The position numbers were made by a program, and so were the translations under genes. DNA of 64,000 nt from assembly GCA_003971905.1 (NCBI GenBank), contig RSEE01000069.1, forward strand, positions 62,001-126,000. Direction: 5' to 3'. The first letter of the stretch is position 1. Each line of letters starts with the position of its first letter. Source of the stretch: Moniliella sp. 'wahieum'. Taxonomy: Eukaryota. This document shows, piece by piece, positions 1 to 13,760 of the stretch. Under the pieces are notes generated by a model. It had not been told where the DNA came from, did no database searches, and saw nothing but the letters and a program-made list of their open reading frames with translations.

Positions 1-396
1 CTCTTTATCCTCGTTGGCGCCGAGCACGGCAAGGCACTGGAACAATTCGATCTTGCCACCCTGACCGCTGGTGCGCACACGTACTTTGCCAAGCGACTTG
101 CTGGGCCCACCGCCGCCTCGTCCATCCCTCCCCCGGTGCACTCGTTCCGTTCCGCATGGACCTCCCACCCGTTCACACGCGGCGCTACCACCACGCCCAT
201 CGTGCTCGGATCCGGCTCGCCACTTGACTTCCACGAGCTCGGCCGGTCCCTCTGGGGTGGCGCTCTGGGCTTTGCTGGCGAACACACCGATATCGATCAC
301 CACGGCTCGATTGCCGGGGCGTTGCTGAGTGGCGAGCGCGAGGCCAAGCGCCTAGGCTCCTTCTTTGAGGTGCGCACGTTGCACCAGAAACTGTGA
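1..396 (+). CDS. Flavin-containing amine oxidase (polyamine oxidase-like), 3' end only
   Basis: Frame 1 reads ...AWTSHPFTRGATT...LGFAGEHTDIDHHGSIAGALLSGEREAKRL, matching the C-terminal W..DPF..G and FAGEHT...G.VHGA..SG.REA motifs of the amine oxidase family. Stop at 394-396; the 5' part lies outside the window. Confidence 0.75.
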   Translation, partial: LFILVGAEHGKALEQFDLATLTAGAHTYFAKRLAGPTAASSIPPPVHSFRSAWTSHPFTRGATTTPIVLGSGSPLDFHELGRSLWGGALGFAGEHTDIDHHGSIAGALLSGEREAKRLGSFFEVRTLHQKL

Positions 397-941
397 TTGA
401 GATTGTGCATCATGCATTATGCACATCATGAATCATGCACATGAAGGAGTGTTGGGCGCCACCGGCCACCTCGCCTCTCGTTTCATGCTCTTCTCGCTTC
501 TCGCTTCTCGCTTCTGGTTTCTCGTTTCTCGTTTCACTTCACTTCACTTCGCGGCGCTGCCTTGTCTCTCTGCCTCCCGGGGTTAAGGATGGGCCTCTCT
601 TGTCCCCCCTGTTTTGCTTTGGCGAGGCCAAGAGGTGTGATGCATGCCCTGTTGCCCCCATGAGCGCCTACATCCACTAGCGAGGCGACGGGATAGATGG
701 GTAGCCGGTCAGTTGCTGACAGGTGGGGATAGATGAGTACGCCAATATTGGATGGAACACAGGGACGTCGCTGGACAGACCAGCAGGCGCTCAACATCCC
801 CCCGCTTCGTACTTCGCGCTCGCTCGAGTACTAACTTCAGTGTTAAACCCCCTACTATAGCAGGCCCCTTGCTCTCGAAGCGGCCGGTTAATAATCGGGT
901 ATGGCAATGCGGTGAACAAAAAAAAACAAAGAAAAAAAGAG

Positions 942-1025
942 TAGCTACCGTCGGTCTTGATCCGACGACCTGTGGGTCACAAGAGTAATATGAGCCCACC
1001 GCTCTTCCGCCTGAGCTAGGTAGCT
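942..1025 (-). tRNA. Initiator tRNA-Met (CAT) with 11-nt intron (978-988)
   Basis: Minus strand folds as AGCTACC/GGTAGCT acceptor stem (A1-U72), GCTC/GAGC D-stem, GTGGG/CCCAC anticodon stem with three G-C pairs, anticodon CAT, T-loop ATCAAGA (A54, A60) and A64. These are initiator hallmarks. Oligo-T terminator follows (A-runs at 918-938 on +). Confidence 0.93.
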
Positions 1026-1499
1026 GCTACAAGCTAACAGCATCAATACGTGAGGACTATACCCACGACGCGTCCACCTGTTTTATATAGTTAGAGCGTA
1101 CTGTTTCTCTCTCGATCCTATCGCTCATCAATCCACCAATCCATCATTGCTCATCGCTCCTCTACCTACCCTACCACATCCAGGATCACCTGGCCGTACA
1201 TGGTGCAGAGATATCCCATTCCTACGCCGCACACATCGGTCCTGCGATAAACATACCCAAGACACACCACAAGGCTACGGCATCTCCGGCCCTGGATCCT
1301 GTTCTGGTTCCGGCCCTGGATCCCCTTCTGGTTGCAACCCCCGGTTCCGGCCCTGGGTCCTGGGACCCCAGCACTCCATCTGCCGCATGCAAAGCAAGAG
1401 GAGCTTGGTCGATCTCTGTGTGCGGCTCTGTGTCCAGCCCTGGTCCCTGAGCCCCCTGCCCCTCCCCCTGGGCACCCTGCGGCACCGCGTGCGAAGCAA

Positions 1500-4400
1500 G
1501 AGAGGTGGTGAGAGAGGACTGGTGAGCGGGACCCAGCTGCGTGCTGCGTCGCGTGTTCGACGATGAGTGCGTTGACCCGAGCTCGAGGTCGGGTCGGGGT
1601 AGCCGACACGGCGGCTAGGTCCGGGTTGAGTTCCGTGAGCATTTGGACTGCCATGGTCATTGGGGTCGCGATCTGTCCCCCCAGCGAGCGAGTTTGACTC
1701 GGCCACTGAGCCTGGTATAGGTCCTGCCGTTGACCGTGGTCCTGACATGGACATGGACATGGACATGGACGTAGACGGTGGGGTTGACCTGATGTGGACG
1801 TGGACATGGACGTGGATACGTGCGCGATTGTCGCCGGTCGCGTCGGTGGCGACGCGAGACGACCGAGCTTTGTTGCAACGATTGCAGTACGTCGTCGAGC
1901 AATGTTGACTGGCCTGGGCATCATGGGCATTGGCATCGGCATCGGCATCGGCACGCTGGGTCTTAGCCAAGGTAAATTGACGTGCGCGTTCTTCCTCAGC
2001 CTGTTGTCGGCGTAGTTCAGCTTGGCGGGCTTGAGCTAGGACCGCATTGTCCTGTTGGCACTTGCGATAGGCCGTGACGAATTCGCGAAAGATGCCGAAA
2101 AAGTTCGGATGGCATGCTAGGGCCCAGTGGGCTGCGGTTGACCTTGGTTCCGAGGGTAGCGCTCTCGCCTAAAACGCCAGTGCGTCCGCATACATTCGTT
2201 CCGTCTGCTCCAGCTGGTCCATTTGCCGACGAACCTGTGCCTCGGCCGATTTGAGGAAAGGCAGCATCAGCTGGGTATACGGGTCATGCAAGTTGGCCTC
2301 GTCTTGGTTCATAATCGTTGTCAGCTCCTTGCCGGATACCTACATTGGACCGGAGCTGGGCGAGATCCTTGTGGAGCTCAGTGAGTTGCACTGTATATGG
2401 TTGGTCAGCGTTGTGGCGAGCAGGAAAAGGAAAGCAAATGGGATGGGGATAGGACGTACCTCGGCAGGCGGCGGCAGGAGGAGCAAGTTCCTGTAAGAAT
2501 TGTTCCACTTCGGGGAAGAGGGAGGCAACGGTACGCTGGATAAAGTGCAACAATGTCGTCCCATCCGACGACTTGGTATCCACCAGCTTGTTGATCGATG
2601 ATACACGGAACCCGTATGCTGCGCCTTGGAAGCCACGGGCGTTCATAAAGTTACCCACGACAAGGATAATGTTGAGCAGCCGCGCAAAGTTTTCGGCATG
2701 GAGCAACGCATCCGCTCCGTCCCGCACTCCACGACAGCCTTCCTGGATCGGTCCTAGCGCCTCGATCCATTGCACTTTCAACAAAAGGCCTTGCACCTTG
2801 GCCTTGAGGAACGGTACGCTCATCAGCCGTACCACCAATTGGTCAGCCGGGTGAAGCGTAGCCAGTTGGTCTGGTGAGGCATTGCGATACTCGCCCAACT
2901 TGCCTTTCACCTCGCTTTCCGGATAGTTGGCCAACAGTTCTCCCAAAAGAGTCTCGTCCATCACCACCTCCTCGCATTGCGCAATGGCCTCCGTCACCTC
3001 CTCTGGACGAGCCAACTTGGCCTGCGGATCCGCACTCTTCATTCTCCGCAACACCATCTCCATTCTCTGCCGCACCACGAGAGGAGGAACGATTGTGGCG
3101 CATCTGCTCGCTGCGATGGCTTGACAATCTTGCGTGCCACTTGGGCTTTGAATCCTTCCTCCATCTCCTTGAACGTACCAGCACCACGCAGACGCGCCGC
3201 CGTCTCCTGCTCGTCCAGCGTTGCCTTTCCCCAAACCGTATCTGCCGTCTGTTGCATTCCCAACTTGTCCCACATCAGCTGCTTGAGCTTCAGTGATGCC
3301 ATCTCTGTCACCGGCTTGCGGTTCTGTAGCCCCGCCATTGTCGTCAAAGATAATCCTGGGGGAGGGGGGCAGCTGGCACGCCAGCCCCGGCGGTGGAGGG
3401 GGAGGCGGAGGGGGCCTGTAACCCTGGTGGCGGGGGGGCGGGAGGCGCAGGAGGCGCAGGAGGCGCAGGAGGAGGGGGGGGAGGTGGTGGACCCGGTGCA
3501 TTCGGGGATTGGGCGGAGGTGGAGGTGGAGGTGGAGGTGGAGGCGGAGGCGGCGGTGGAGGTGGAGGTGCGGGTAAAGTTGGTGTATCACCAGGTCCAGC
3601 CGAAGAGGGAGGAGGAGGCGGAGGAGGAGGAGGAGGAGGAGGAGGAGGAGGAGGAGGAGGCGGCGGAGGAGAAGGCAGAGCTTCCGGCTCGGTTGGAAGG
3701 AGGGACGCGGATGGGGCTGGTGCAGCGTCAGCGTGGGCAGGGGAAGGTATCAGACCGACCGCATCGCCTTTGTGTAGCGTCGCACTTGGCGCGATCCCAC
3801 TGGGCTTTGGCTTTCGCTCTGGCTTTGGCTTTGAGTCGTGGGGGAGTCGGAGGTACGAGGCGGGGAAGAAGGTGGTTGGTCCGGGTGGGAAGCAGGGAGG
3901 CGCGATGGCAGCCCGTCAATGTGGGAAGGAGGGGGCTGAGGCAAGGGACGGAAGACAGAGAAAGTGGCTTGGCCTTGCCCCCGCGCACGTCGGACGGAGG
4001 GGCCCAGGTTGCCTGCATGTGCATCCGTGCTGCGGCAAAGGACGCCGGCGGGGACGAAGGGGAAGGGATGGTGTCATGTTCGTGTTCGTGGTCGTGTTCC
4101 TGTCCGTCCTCTGGGATCGGCGCGACGGGGACGGGAGACCGGGCAGGTTCGAGTGGGCGGACAGGCAACTTATCGGGTCCACGGGACCTGCGACGCGTAG
4201 CACCCGACCGTTCGATCTTTGCGATGGTAGACCGACGTTGGAGCGTCTTTTCCAACTGGGCCACCATGGCCTTACGATCCACCTGCGGCTCTGTCCGTCC
4301 CACTCTTCCTCTTCCTCGGTCCGAGGGAGCGAAGCAGGATCGACATGGGTCTGGCGAAGCATCGAGTACAGTTCCCGGTTTTGGACTTCGAGCAGTGCAT

Positions 4401-6505
4401 GACGCTCAGTGTACAAACGTTCCATCTCACGCATCTCTTGTTGCAACGCCTCTGAGTTGCCCCGCGCAGTGGCCAAGTCAGCTTCCAGTTGGGTCGATTG
4501 CTCCAACAACGATTCGATCAAGCCGGTCGAGCCCTGGAGCAGCTGGGATTCGGCTTGCCTCGAGCCTGTTCCGACTCGACCAACTGAAGCTTGAGTCGCT
4601 GCAGCTCGGTCTCGGTCCACTCCATCTTGTCCTGGTCGGCAAAGCGAGACAGTACCCGATTCCCCCAGCCCCAACAGAGAGGTCATGTCCTGCCCCGCAC
4701 CACCTTGCTTGTTGTCGAATACGACCGCCGCAATAAGCGATTCGATCAGTTGGTGGTAGTGCACAAGGTCATTGGGCTCTGCCTGTATGAGAAGGAGATG
4801 TTTGAGTCCCTTGACAAAGAAATCCAGAGCACGACTGCCGCGCACTTGGTCCAACACCGCATTGAACACGTCCAGCGGCGTCTTGAGCTGGGCCACGACG
4901 GCCGAGCTCATGTGCTGCGCAAGGTCCTCTGCGTCCTGCTTGGCTAGGCTTTCGAACACATCAATGCCCTTGTTCAACGCAGCAAGGTTAAATCCACGAA
5001 GCCGATCCATCACTTGTCGAACCCCGGCCGTATCTAGCTGGGCACGCAGGTTGACCCGCTCATGCAAATCAATCACAATGTCAGGGTCGAGGAGCGCATT
5101 GATCAGAAGCAGACTGGTGCTCGCATAGTTGTCCAGGTACTCCCGATCCTGTGCCCGTATCCCGAACCTCCTGACTGGCACCAACCCGGGATCCCATTTT
5201 GCCTCGCCCTTCAATCGTCTTCAAAACACGTTGAATCCAGAGCTCAAATCGGCTGCGGGTCAGCGGTGCGGTTTCTTGCAAAGCGTCAAAGCCACGCAAT
5301 ACCGAGGCATGCCCGGCGGGCTTGATCCAATAACAGACAAGAAACACCAGAATATCCCCCGCTTGGCGACGCGTGTTCATCGGCCCACTCAAAAGGCAAG
5401 CGACAATCTCGGTGATGGACCGTTGACTGTCCAACGCATCCGTCGCCCCTGGGGTCGAGTTGAACAGTGCGCGAAAGACCTTGATCACTTCATCTTCGAG
5501 TGCCACATCCTCATCCGTCTTGAGCTTTTGGCATGCAGATTGTGAAGAAACATGCCCAACACGGCATTCCCCTTGGACTGCACAAATGTCTCCACCCAGC
5601 TGATCGCGCACGTCCGTAGCGCCACAGAGAGCGAGGCCATATCGGACGCGGTCACGCTTCCTTCCATGATGCGCGAATGTACCACTCGGGCGAGTTGCGG
5701 GCGATGGCAAGGCGAAAGCCCTGGTGTGCAGCATGGGAACGACTCTTGCTCCGCTCGTTCTGCCCGCCAGTCAGCCAAGCGATCGTTGTAGATCAACGCC
5801 CACTTTTGTCCGTATCGAGCTTCATCAGCTGCTCGAGGCCTTGTGACCGCACCTCGTCGGTCATGCCACCGGAGAGATGGTGGAGCTGGCGCTTGGTGAT
5901 GAGCTGCCGGAACATCTCCTCCACCTCAGAAGGAGGAGGGCGGGGGAGGTGGGAAGCCAGCATCGTCCGAGGACGGCAGTGTGGTTGGGCTGAACGAGGA
6001 GGAAGAATCGAAACCATGGGAGAGGGAGGTGTCGGCGTGGGCCATGCCCGAGGCAGCTGCGGCAACAGCAGCAACAGTGGCTACTGTCCTCTCCTTGGCG
6101 GCGGACGCCGACATGCCAAAGGATGTGTAGCGGTGGCCGTGGCCAAGGGTGAAACTATGGCTGGGGCTGGGACTGGGGGCGGGGCTAGGGCCGTGGCTGT
6201 GGCTGTAGCTGTGGCTGGGGTGGGAAGAGGTTTGGTGCTGATGGAGGGCGTGGGTGCCAAGCGAAGGCAGTGTCGTCGTGGGTCTGGGACGGGGAGTGGG
6301 GCAGAGAGGCCGACTCGAAGCGGCGATGGCGCAGGCTGGGCGGTGGCGAAGAGGGAGCCGAGAGGGTGAGCTCTGGCTCGGCCGGCTGGGGAGAGCAGAC
6401 AGACGCAAAGGGGGGATTAGTAGGGGCGCAGCAGACACAGAGGGCGTGTGAGCAAAGGCAGCAGCGTACCTCCGTCTCCTGCTTCCTGCGGAACAGCGCC
6501 CGCAT
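1500..6505 (-). CDS. BNI1: Diaphanous-related formin (GBD/FH3, FH1, FH2, DAD); multi-exon, frameshifted in this sequence; 3' end approximate
   Basis: GBD/FH3: SLSVALRTCAISWVETFVQSKG, ALFNSTPGA, GRGKMGSRVGAS. Poly-Pro FH1 at about 3360-3660. FH2: KLKQLMWDKL, ILVVGNFMN, AYGFRVSSINKLVDTKS, TTLLHF, FFGIFREFVTAYRK. DAD-like LLDDVLQSLQ followed by RRHRRDRR. Likely start MRALFRRK at 6505, followed by a GTACG...CTAAT...CAG intron. Confidence 0.9.
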
Positions 6506-7090
6506 TGGTGGTGGGGCGGTGGTGGTAGTGGTAGGTTGGTGGTGGTGGTGGTGAGATCGGAGAGGTGACGCTCGGCAGAGGAGAGCGATCTGCAGTTCCG
6601 AGTGGCTCGTGACACGCACATCCCACACTCGACGTCGGGGGACGGCAGTCGACAGTGGCCCGTGCTGTCGCTCGCGCCCGTCGGCAGTGCGGCCGCTGCT
6701 CCACACACTGGCGCTGTGGCCTGCGTGGACCTGGGGGGCCAACCCTACGCCCGCCTGTTGCTCGTCACGTGACAGGCGTCATGCACAAGCACTTTCAACG
6801 TTGCTCTTCTGCTGAACTTTCAGCCGCTGCGCCGCCTGGGCGATTGAGTTAACCCCGCAGTGCGCACCAGCACCCAGCACAGCAGGCAGGCGCAATCGAT
6901 AACCGATCCGCAAGCTTCACGCGCCATCAGCTGCCCAAAGTTATATGCGTTTCGCCGCAATTAACAATCAGCTCCCACGTACTCTTCTGCTCCCACCGGC
7001 CCCCACAACAAGCTCCTGGCCATCCCGCCTCCCTCCCCGCCTCCCGTCCCTCGTCATTCCCTTCTCTCGCCCCTCCGCACAATTCCCCTC

Positions 7091-9467
7091 ATGATGAAAC
7101 TCACCCACCGGCTCCCGCCGCCGCAGCATCAAGAAAGACGAGGTAGGCCCCTTGTCTGATGAGTCGCCTGACTTCGAACCCCCCCCCCCCAGGCCACGAT
7201 CTAACACAGTCACACTTTTCCCCTCCTCCCGCAGGCCATCCGGAAAAAAGTGGACATGGCGCTGCAGCGGAACCAGCCGGCGGGGGCCTCTCGCCCCACC
7301 CGTTCCTCCCGTTTAGCCTCGAATCGGTCGCAGGGAGCACGCCCCAGCGGTCTTCGGGGCACGGTGGCTGCACTACGTCTGATCCGGCTGTGATGGTGGG
7401 TCCGACTACCAGCGTGTGGGATGCGTCCCAAGTGTGTGCGGCCAAGGGGCAGTTGTGGTTGGGGTGGATGCCCAAGAGCGCTTGGTTGGGATTTTACCGC
7501 CAAGGATCTGGCGTTTCGCGTGCGTATAAACTTCGAAACGATGATCATACTGACTGCAATTGCACGCTCGGATCTCGCATCCATGCATGTGTGTCGAGAG
7601 TATCGATCGACGACCCCCAACTGACCCTCGAGCGAACCATAATGGCGCACACTGTGTTGCCACATTGTGCTTTTGATGGCAGGTGGTCGCCGCGTGTCTC
7701 GACCGCTCACCACCCCTGTGAGCCAAATCATGACTGGATCCTGTGGTGACGCTGGACAACATGTTGGCCACCGAAGCGTGCAGCTGATGGGCACCAGGGG
7801 GTTTCGTCATCTACCGTGTGTGACGAGCGGGGCAACGGGTGGGGTAGGTTTGTGGACATTGCCAAGGTCTGTTACGAAGCGCTGGAAAAGATTGAACGAG
7901 CATTTGCCAGCAGTCAACAACTGTACCGTGCGCTGCAGGGGGTGCGGTCCGAGTGGGGTGCGAGCAAAGTAGGCCCGCCAGACGCGATGGAAACGTACGT
8001 GTGCAGGCTACGCGAACTGACGACGGCGCCACCGCTCAAGACACTGTTGGATCCAAGCACACTCCCCTGTACCGTGTCGGTGAACACGCCTGTGCTGGAA
8101 GCGGGCGGATCATGGCTCAGTTTCGTACCACCTCTGTTCTTGTTTTGGAGGAGGTACGAGCACCCTCCGACAGAGGCGCGCCCCGCCTGGCAGGGATCTT
8201 CACCTCCAAAGATGCGGTGATGCGCGTGCTTGCTGCGGGCCTTGACCCACAGACATGCAGCATGGCCCAGGTCATGACTCCGCACCCTGACACGGCCCCG
8301 CCAACAATCAGCATCCACCAAGCGTTTCGTCAGATGCACAATGGCCATTACCTCAATCTCCGGTTGTCGACGCGGAAGAAGGGGTGATCGGGGTGGTGGA
8401 TGTCCTCCGTCTCACCTGGACCACCTTGGACATGATCACCTCGATGCGCGACGATGGGCCGGAAGGCAGTTCCTGGAACCAATTCTGGAGCACGTTTGGC
8501 TCGTCCTTACCGCCACCGGTGGCTGCGGTGCCTCCAAACAAAAAAGCAAGAGGAAAAAGAAGCTTTTGATTCTCTACCTTGCACAGGCTCCCCGAGTAGC
8601 AGCTCAGACCTCGTCCTTGGTTCCCCGGTCCAATACACTAAAAACGACAGCGCAGCGGCCGTGGCGACCGAGCCCAGCACGCAGCCAGACAACCGAAGAA
8701 AGAGCTTGTGTCGTTCCTCGCTTGAGCCCGGTATCAATCCCGGTACTCCCCATACCACCAAGGTAATCGGGACCGCGGATCCGTCCTCCCGCGCTTGCGC
8801 CATGGGTATTCAAGTTCACCACGCCAAGTGGACGGGTGCATCGGTTCCAGTCGGCGTACCAGCGTTTGGAGCAAGTCCGGGGTAAAGTGGAACAAACGTT
8901 GATACGTGATCCATTCTTCTGCCCTGCACCTTTACTGTCTTGCTTGCCTTCGTATGTCCCTCCTGATCCGGGCGACTTTAGCCTCGGCTACGAGGACGAC
9001 GATCACGACCACGTCATCCTTACTACCGACGCGGACTTGATGCAAGCTATCCAGCTGACGCAGCACATGGGCCAGAAGCGGCTCACGTTGCTCCTCTACC
9101 CTGGTACATCGTGGAAACAACACGACCCACACGGGGAGACCTCGGATCCCATTCCGATTCGTACGAGGGTACCACACTAAGTGACGAGACCAACCCCACG
9201 CCGCTCTTCACCCCTGCCTCTTGTCGATCCTCCTCGATCACCCCCACCCCGACCCCTACCACGCTCGATGGGAAACGAAGAAACGTCGTCGGACTCATCC
9301 CATGCTCGCTGCTTGACCCCTCCCACTCCCGCCACCCTGCGCCCAACACCCGCTGGGTCCGCAGGCCATGCGGCCAAGACCGACTGGGCCCTGCCTGCAG
9401 CGATTGGATTCTTGGGGGGACAGTGTTGGTGGCTCTTGTGGCTTTCCGGTTCCGGCAACGACAGTGA
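7091..9467 (+). CDS. CBS-domain/PB1-domain protein with C-terminal transmembrane tail (Mug70-like); frameshifted
   Basis: CBS segments FTAKDLAFRV, RGFRHLP, GIFTSKDAVMRVLAAGLDP, VMTPHPDTAPP and MHNGHYLNL; PB1-like FKFTTPSGRVHRFQ and YEDDDHDHVILTTDADL; terminal hydrophobic WILGGTVLVALVAF. Confidence 0.85.
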
Positions 9468-10074
9468 CTATAGTATAAAATGTTTCCACGGGACACCCAA
9501 CAAAAGATGGACGTGTTTTAATAACCCCTTCATCTTTCGCCTCCCTTCGCTTGCCCCCACCTCCCCCCGCCCTCTTCCCCTTTCAACAGACACACTCTTC
9601 TCCTCTCTCTCTTTGACGACATTAGGACACTACTGTTCATGACAGCGCGCGCATTGCGCAGTGCTTCCGACCTTGCACGACGTTCACGACTTGCTCCCAT
9701 CTAGGGAAGATCAGTTTGTTTTGGTTTTATTTTTAGTGTTGAGCTGTGCCTCTCTCTCTTCTTTCTCCTCTTCCCTTTCCCCGGCCTCGCGCGACGTTGG
9801 ATTTTGTCTCTTTTTTTGTGCCCGTTGCCACGATTGCATCCTCTCCCTACCCACTGCTGTGGCGCCAACAAAACGAAGCGCTCACGCCTTCTGTTCATTC
9901 GGCTGGTACCCATCCTCAGCACTTGCTCAGAGCCCATCCCCGTTCCGCTCGCTCATTGATATCCTTGACGGGAGAACCAGATATAATGGGCCTTGTCCGT
10001 ACACGTCGATCTGAAAATCTGAACTTGCGAGCTCCAGAAGCAAAATAGTATAAAATAACGTGTGAACTTCTCCG

Positions 10075-10870
<796 letters not shown>

Positions 10871-11275
10871 CTGGTTACACAACAACTATTTTGACAACCG
10901 TCAAGAGTTTGACTCCCTCCCTCGCTAACGGAGCCCAGTGTTGAAGAGTTTATACCCTTCCGGCCTCATTGTTGAGCAGCGGGCACGTACGTGCTTGTCC
11001 AGATGTCTGGGAGAGGGGGATCCCCCGCGTCTCAGCCACATTCGACAACTATTTCGAAACGAGCCTCAAGAGTTTGACCCCCCTTCCCGCGCTATCAGCG
11101 CTCATTTTTTAGTTCATAACCTTCCCGCCTTCGACTTTCGCTTCGCGCGGGGCCGTCGACGGCACCGAATACGCAAGGACAGACAGAGGCCGTTGGCGAT
11201 GTAACTACATCCTAGCGTCATCAGTGCATTAGCGTGCATCAGCAGAAACCCGGATGCGAACACCGAGGAAGTGGG

Positions 11276-11323
11276 GAACTGAGACTGAGTACTCAGACTG
11301 AGTTCAATACTCAGTCTCAGTTC
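11276..11323. repeat. Perfect 16-bp inverted repeat with 16-nt spacer
   Basis: GAACTGAGACTGAGTA (11276-11291) is the exact reverse complement of TACTCAGTCTCAGTTC (11308-11323). Confidence 0.9.
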
Positions 11324-11441
11324 ACTGAGTCCCCAAGCCCTCAGATTGATTTCAGATCTCACGAGTCCTCAGACAGAGGCTTGACGGTCGGATGTATGAT
11401 GCTTGAAGCTTGCAGACGGCCACCGCTACGGCGTGGCAAAG

Positions 11442-11462
11442 CTTGAAGCTTGAAGCTTGAAG
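11442..11462. repeat. (CTTGAAG)3 palindromic-heptamer array
   Basis: Three exact tandem units, plus a further copy at 11402-11408. Confidence 0.9.
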
Positions 11463-12942
11463 CTCCCAGGGGCTGATGCCAGGATTCGCACCGGGTAAAA
11501 TTCAATCTTCAATTTGCATCCACTTTAAACGCCGATGCCAAAGTGGCCGAGGGACGACGGGACCAGTGGCCGGTGAGGCCTGAGGGGATGTTACATCCCT
11601 GATGCGGTCATGGAGGTTGACGCGTTGACGAGGCTGGACGTTGGACGCGGCGTGGGGGACGCGGTGGAGCGGACGCGAGGGACGTGTGACATGTGAGCCG
11701 ATGTCGGCTGGCTGACGCGCTGACGGCATGGATGCAGGATGGGTGATGCGCGGGTGACCCGGTGACGCGGGCTGAGCGCTGCCATGCTGCCACGCTGCCA
11801 CGCTGACGCACCCGGCCAGCCACCAAGTCGGGATGGCAGACGGCGGACAGTGATCTGGTGCGTAGCTGGCACGAGAGCTAAGCGCTAGGGCTAAGCGCCG
11901 TGGAGTTAGTCCCAGGCAGCGTTTGTCCGTCGTGTGCGCAGCCACGCGGGGCGAGTGTTCTGCCTGCCGGGGGCAGCCGGGCTGTCTGGAGTTAAATGCC
12001 CAATGTCGCCGGCGGCCCACGCGCCTGCCGCAGCAGGGGGCCACTGTGCCCGGGTACATATTCCATTCGTGCCCGGCTCCTGCCGATATTCGGTTGGTGC
12101 TGGGCGAGTGCGCTGGACCGAGGACTGGCGGGGTGTCGGTGTGGTGGATCGGGGAGGCGGCTGTGCGCTGTGTGCTGTGTGCGGTGCGCGGAGGCGTGCG
12201 CTGGCCGGACGGGACCGGGCGCAGATAGATAGATTGGTTGATTAATTTGATTGGTTAGGGGATGGGTCAGGTAGGGAGGCAGTGGCGAGGGCTGCCAACC
12301 GATGGAGACGACGATGATCGATGTGGTCGGCGAGCCCTGTGGCCGAAGCTCAGGCTTAGGTTAGGCTCGATGGCCGATGGCCGATTCGATGGCCAGGCAG
12401 CTTGGAGCCCCATGTCCATGTTGCTCGTCCGCCGGCCCAGTCGTCGGCGTCTCAATCTCACATCTCAGCATCCCAGATTCCTCAGACACGCCGCCCTGCC
12501 TTGCCGCCGCACGTGGACACGGCAGGCCCAGCGCCCAGTCGCTACGAACAGGCTAGCGGCTCCGTAGCCACTGCTAGTCGCCCGCACTCAGCCAGAGCGC
12601 TGAGGCTCAGCACCTCAGCGTCACTCGCGTCACGCGTCACTAGCGTCACTCGACTTGACTGGTCCAGTCCAAGTGAGTCCGGCCGCACGCCGCAGGCTCC
12701 TGCCGCCTCTCGCCGGCCCCCGCCGACCCCTGTGACGCAGTATGCGTGACGCGTGACGTTTGAATACTGTCGTGTCACTCACTGCCTTTCTTCGGACTAC
12801 ATAACTTAGCCAGCTCATCAGCAGCACTTGCCATCCGAAGCTACCGGCTACCCCTCTTCTTCCCACCACCACCACTGCCACCACCGCTACCACACCACAT
12901 ACCCTTTGCCCTCGCCTTCCCTTCCCCCCTCGGCACCGCACC

Positions 12943-13760
12943 ATGAGCACGCTCGACAACTCCTCCTACGGCGACGCAGCCTACCGCAGCGCCCAATTCA
13001 ACTACACCGTCACCTGGGGTACCCTTGGTTTCTTGGCGGGTGGAGCGGGCTTGGGGTACCCTATTGTCCGGCTCGCCTCGCGTCGCTGGCCGTCGGTCGC
13101 CCGCGCCCACCCTAGTGTCAAGTTCTCCTTTGTGCTTTCTTCGGCGTGTGCATTGGGCATGATTGCGGCCGACAAGGCCGGCTTGCGCTTTGACCGCCAA
13201 AACCGCACCGACTTTATCGCGCTCCAGCAAGGCGAGACGGCCGAGGACCGGATTTGGAACTCGCTCACGCCATCCCAAAAGGCGCTCACCTTTATCAAGG
13301 ACAACAAGGTTCCTGTCGCACTGGGAGGGTACGTTGTTGCATCCTGTTGTTCGGTTCTGGTTCTCTTGGGTAGCCTACCACCTGCGTACACTTTGTACTG
13401 ACTGTCTGTGTGTCTGTTTGCCTATCTGCCTTCCTGACTGTCTGTCTGCCTGTCTGCTGCCTACCCTCTCCCCTGGGATCGATCTGCGCTCGGCTGCTTT
13501 GTAGGTTGGCCACGTCGATCGGGAGTGTGCTTGCCTACCTCCAAACCACGCCGATGACAGGGCCGCAGAAAGTGGTGGAAGCGCGTGTATGGGGCCAGGG
13601 GCTGACCATCCTCACTATCCTCGCCATGCCGGCTTGAGCACCATCCCCACCCCCGGCGACGAAATCAAGAAGCTGCACGAGAGCGACAACCAACACTCGT
13701 GGATGGACACGCTGGAAGCGTCCCAACCACCTCAAGGCGGTGCTCGAAGCAAAGAGAGTG
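12943..13760 (+). CDS. RCF2: Mitochondrial HIG1-domain respiratory supercomplex factor (Rcf2-like), two exons
   Basis: N-terminal hydrophobic helices; MIAADKAGLRFDR; KALTFIKDNKVPVALGG; intron GTACG (about 13329) to TGTAG (13504); then WATSIGSVLAYL...PMTGPQKVVEARVWGQGLTI, the HIG1 (Q)K.V.AR..AQ.LT motif. Confidence 0.8.

Noticed and set aside
3393..4736. Long plus-strand Gly/Glu-rich ORFs (447 aa, 297 aa) and similar ORFs at 22833-24542, 30052-30888 and 38156-39053
   Set aside because: These are antisense or alternate-frame shadows of real genes, or GC-rich promoter DNA with few stop codons. They have no domain signal.
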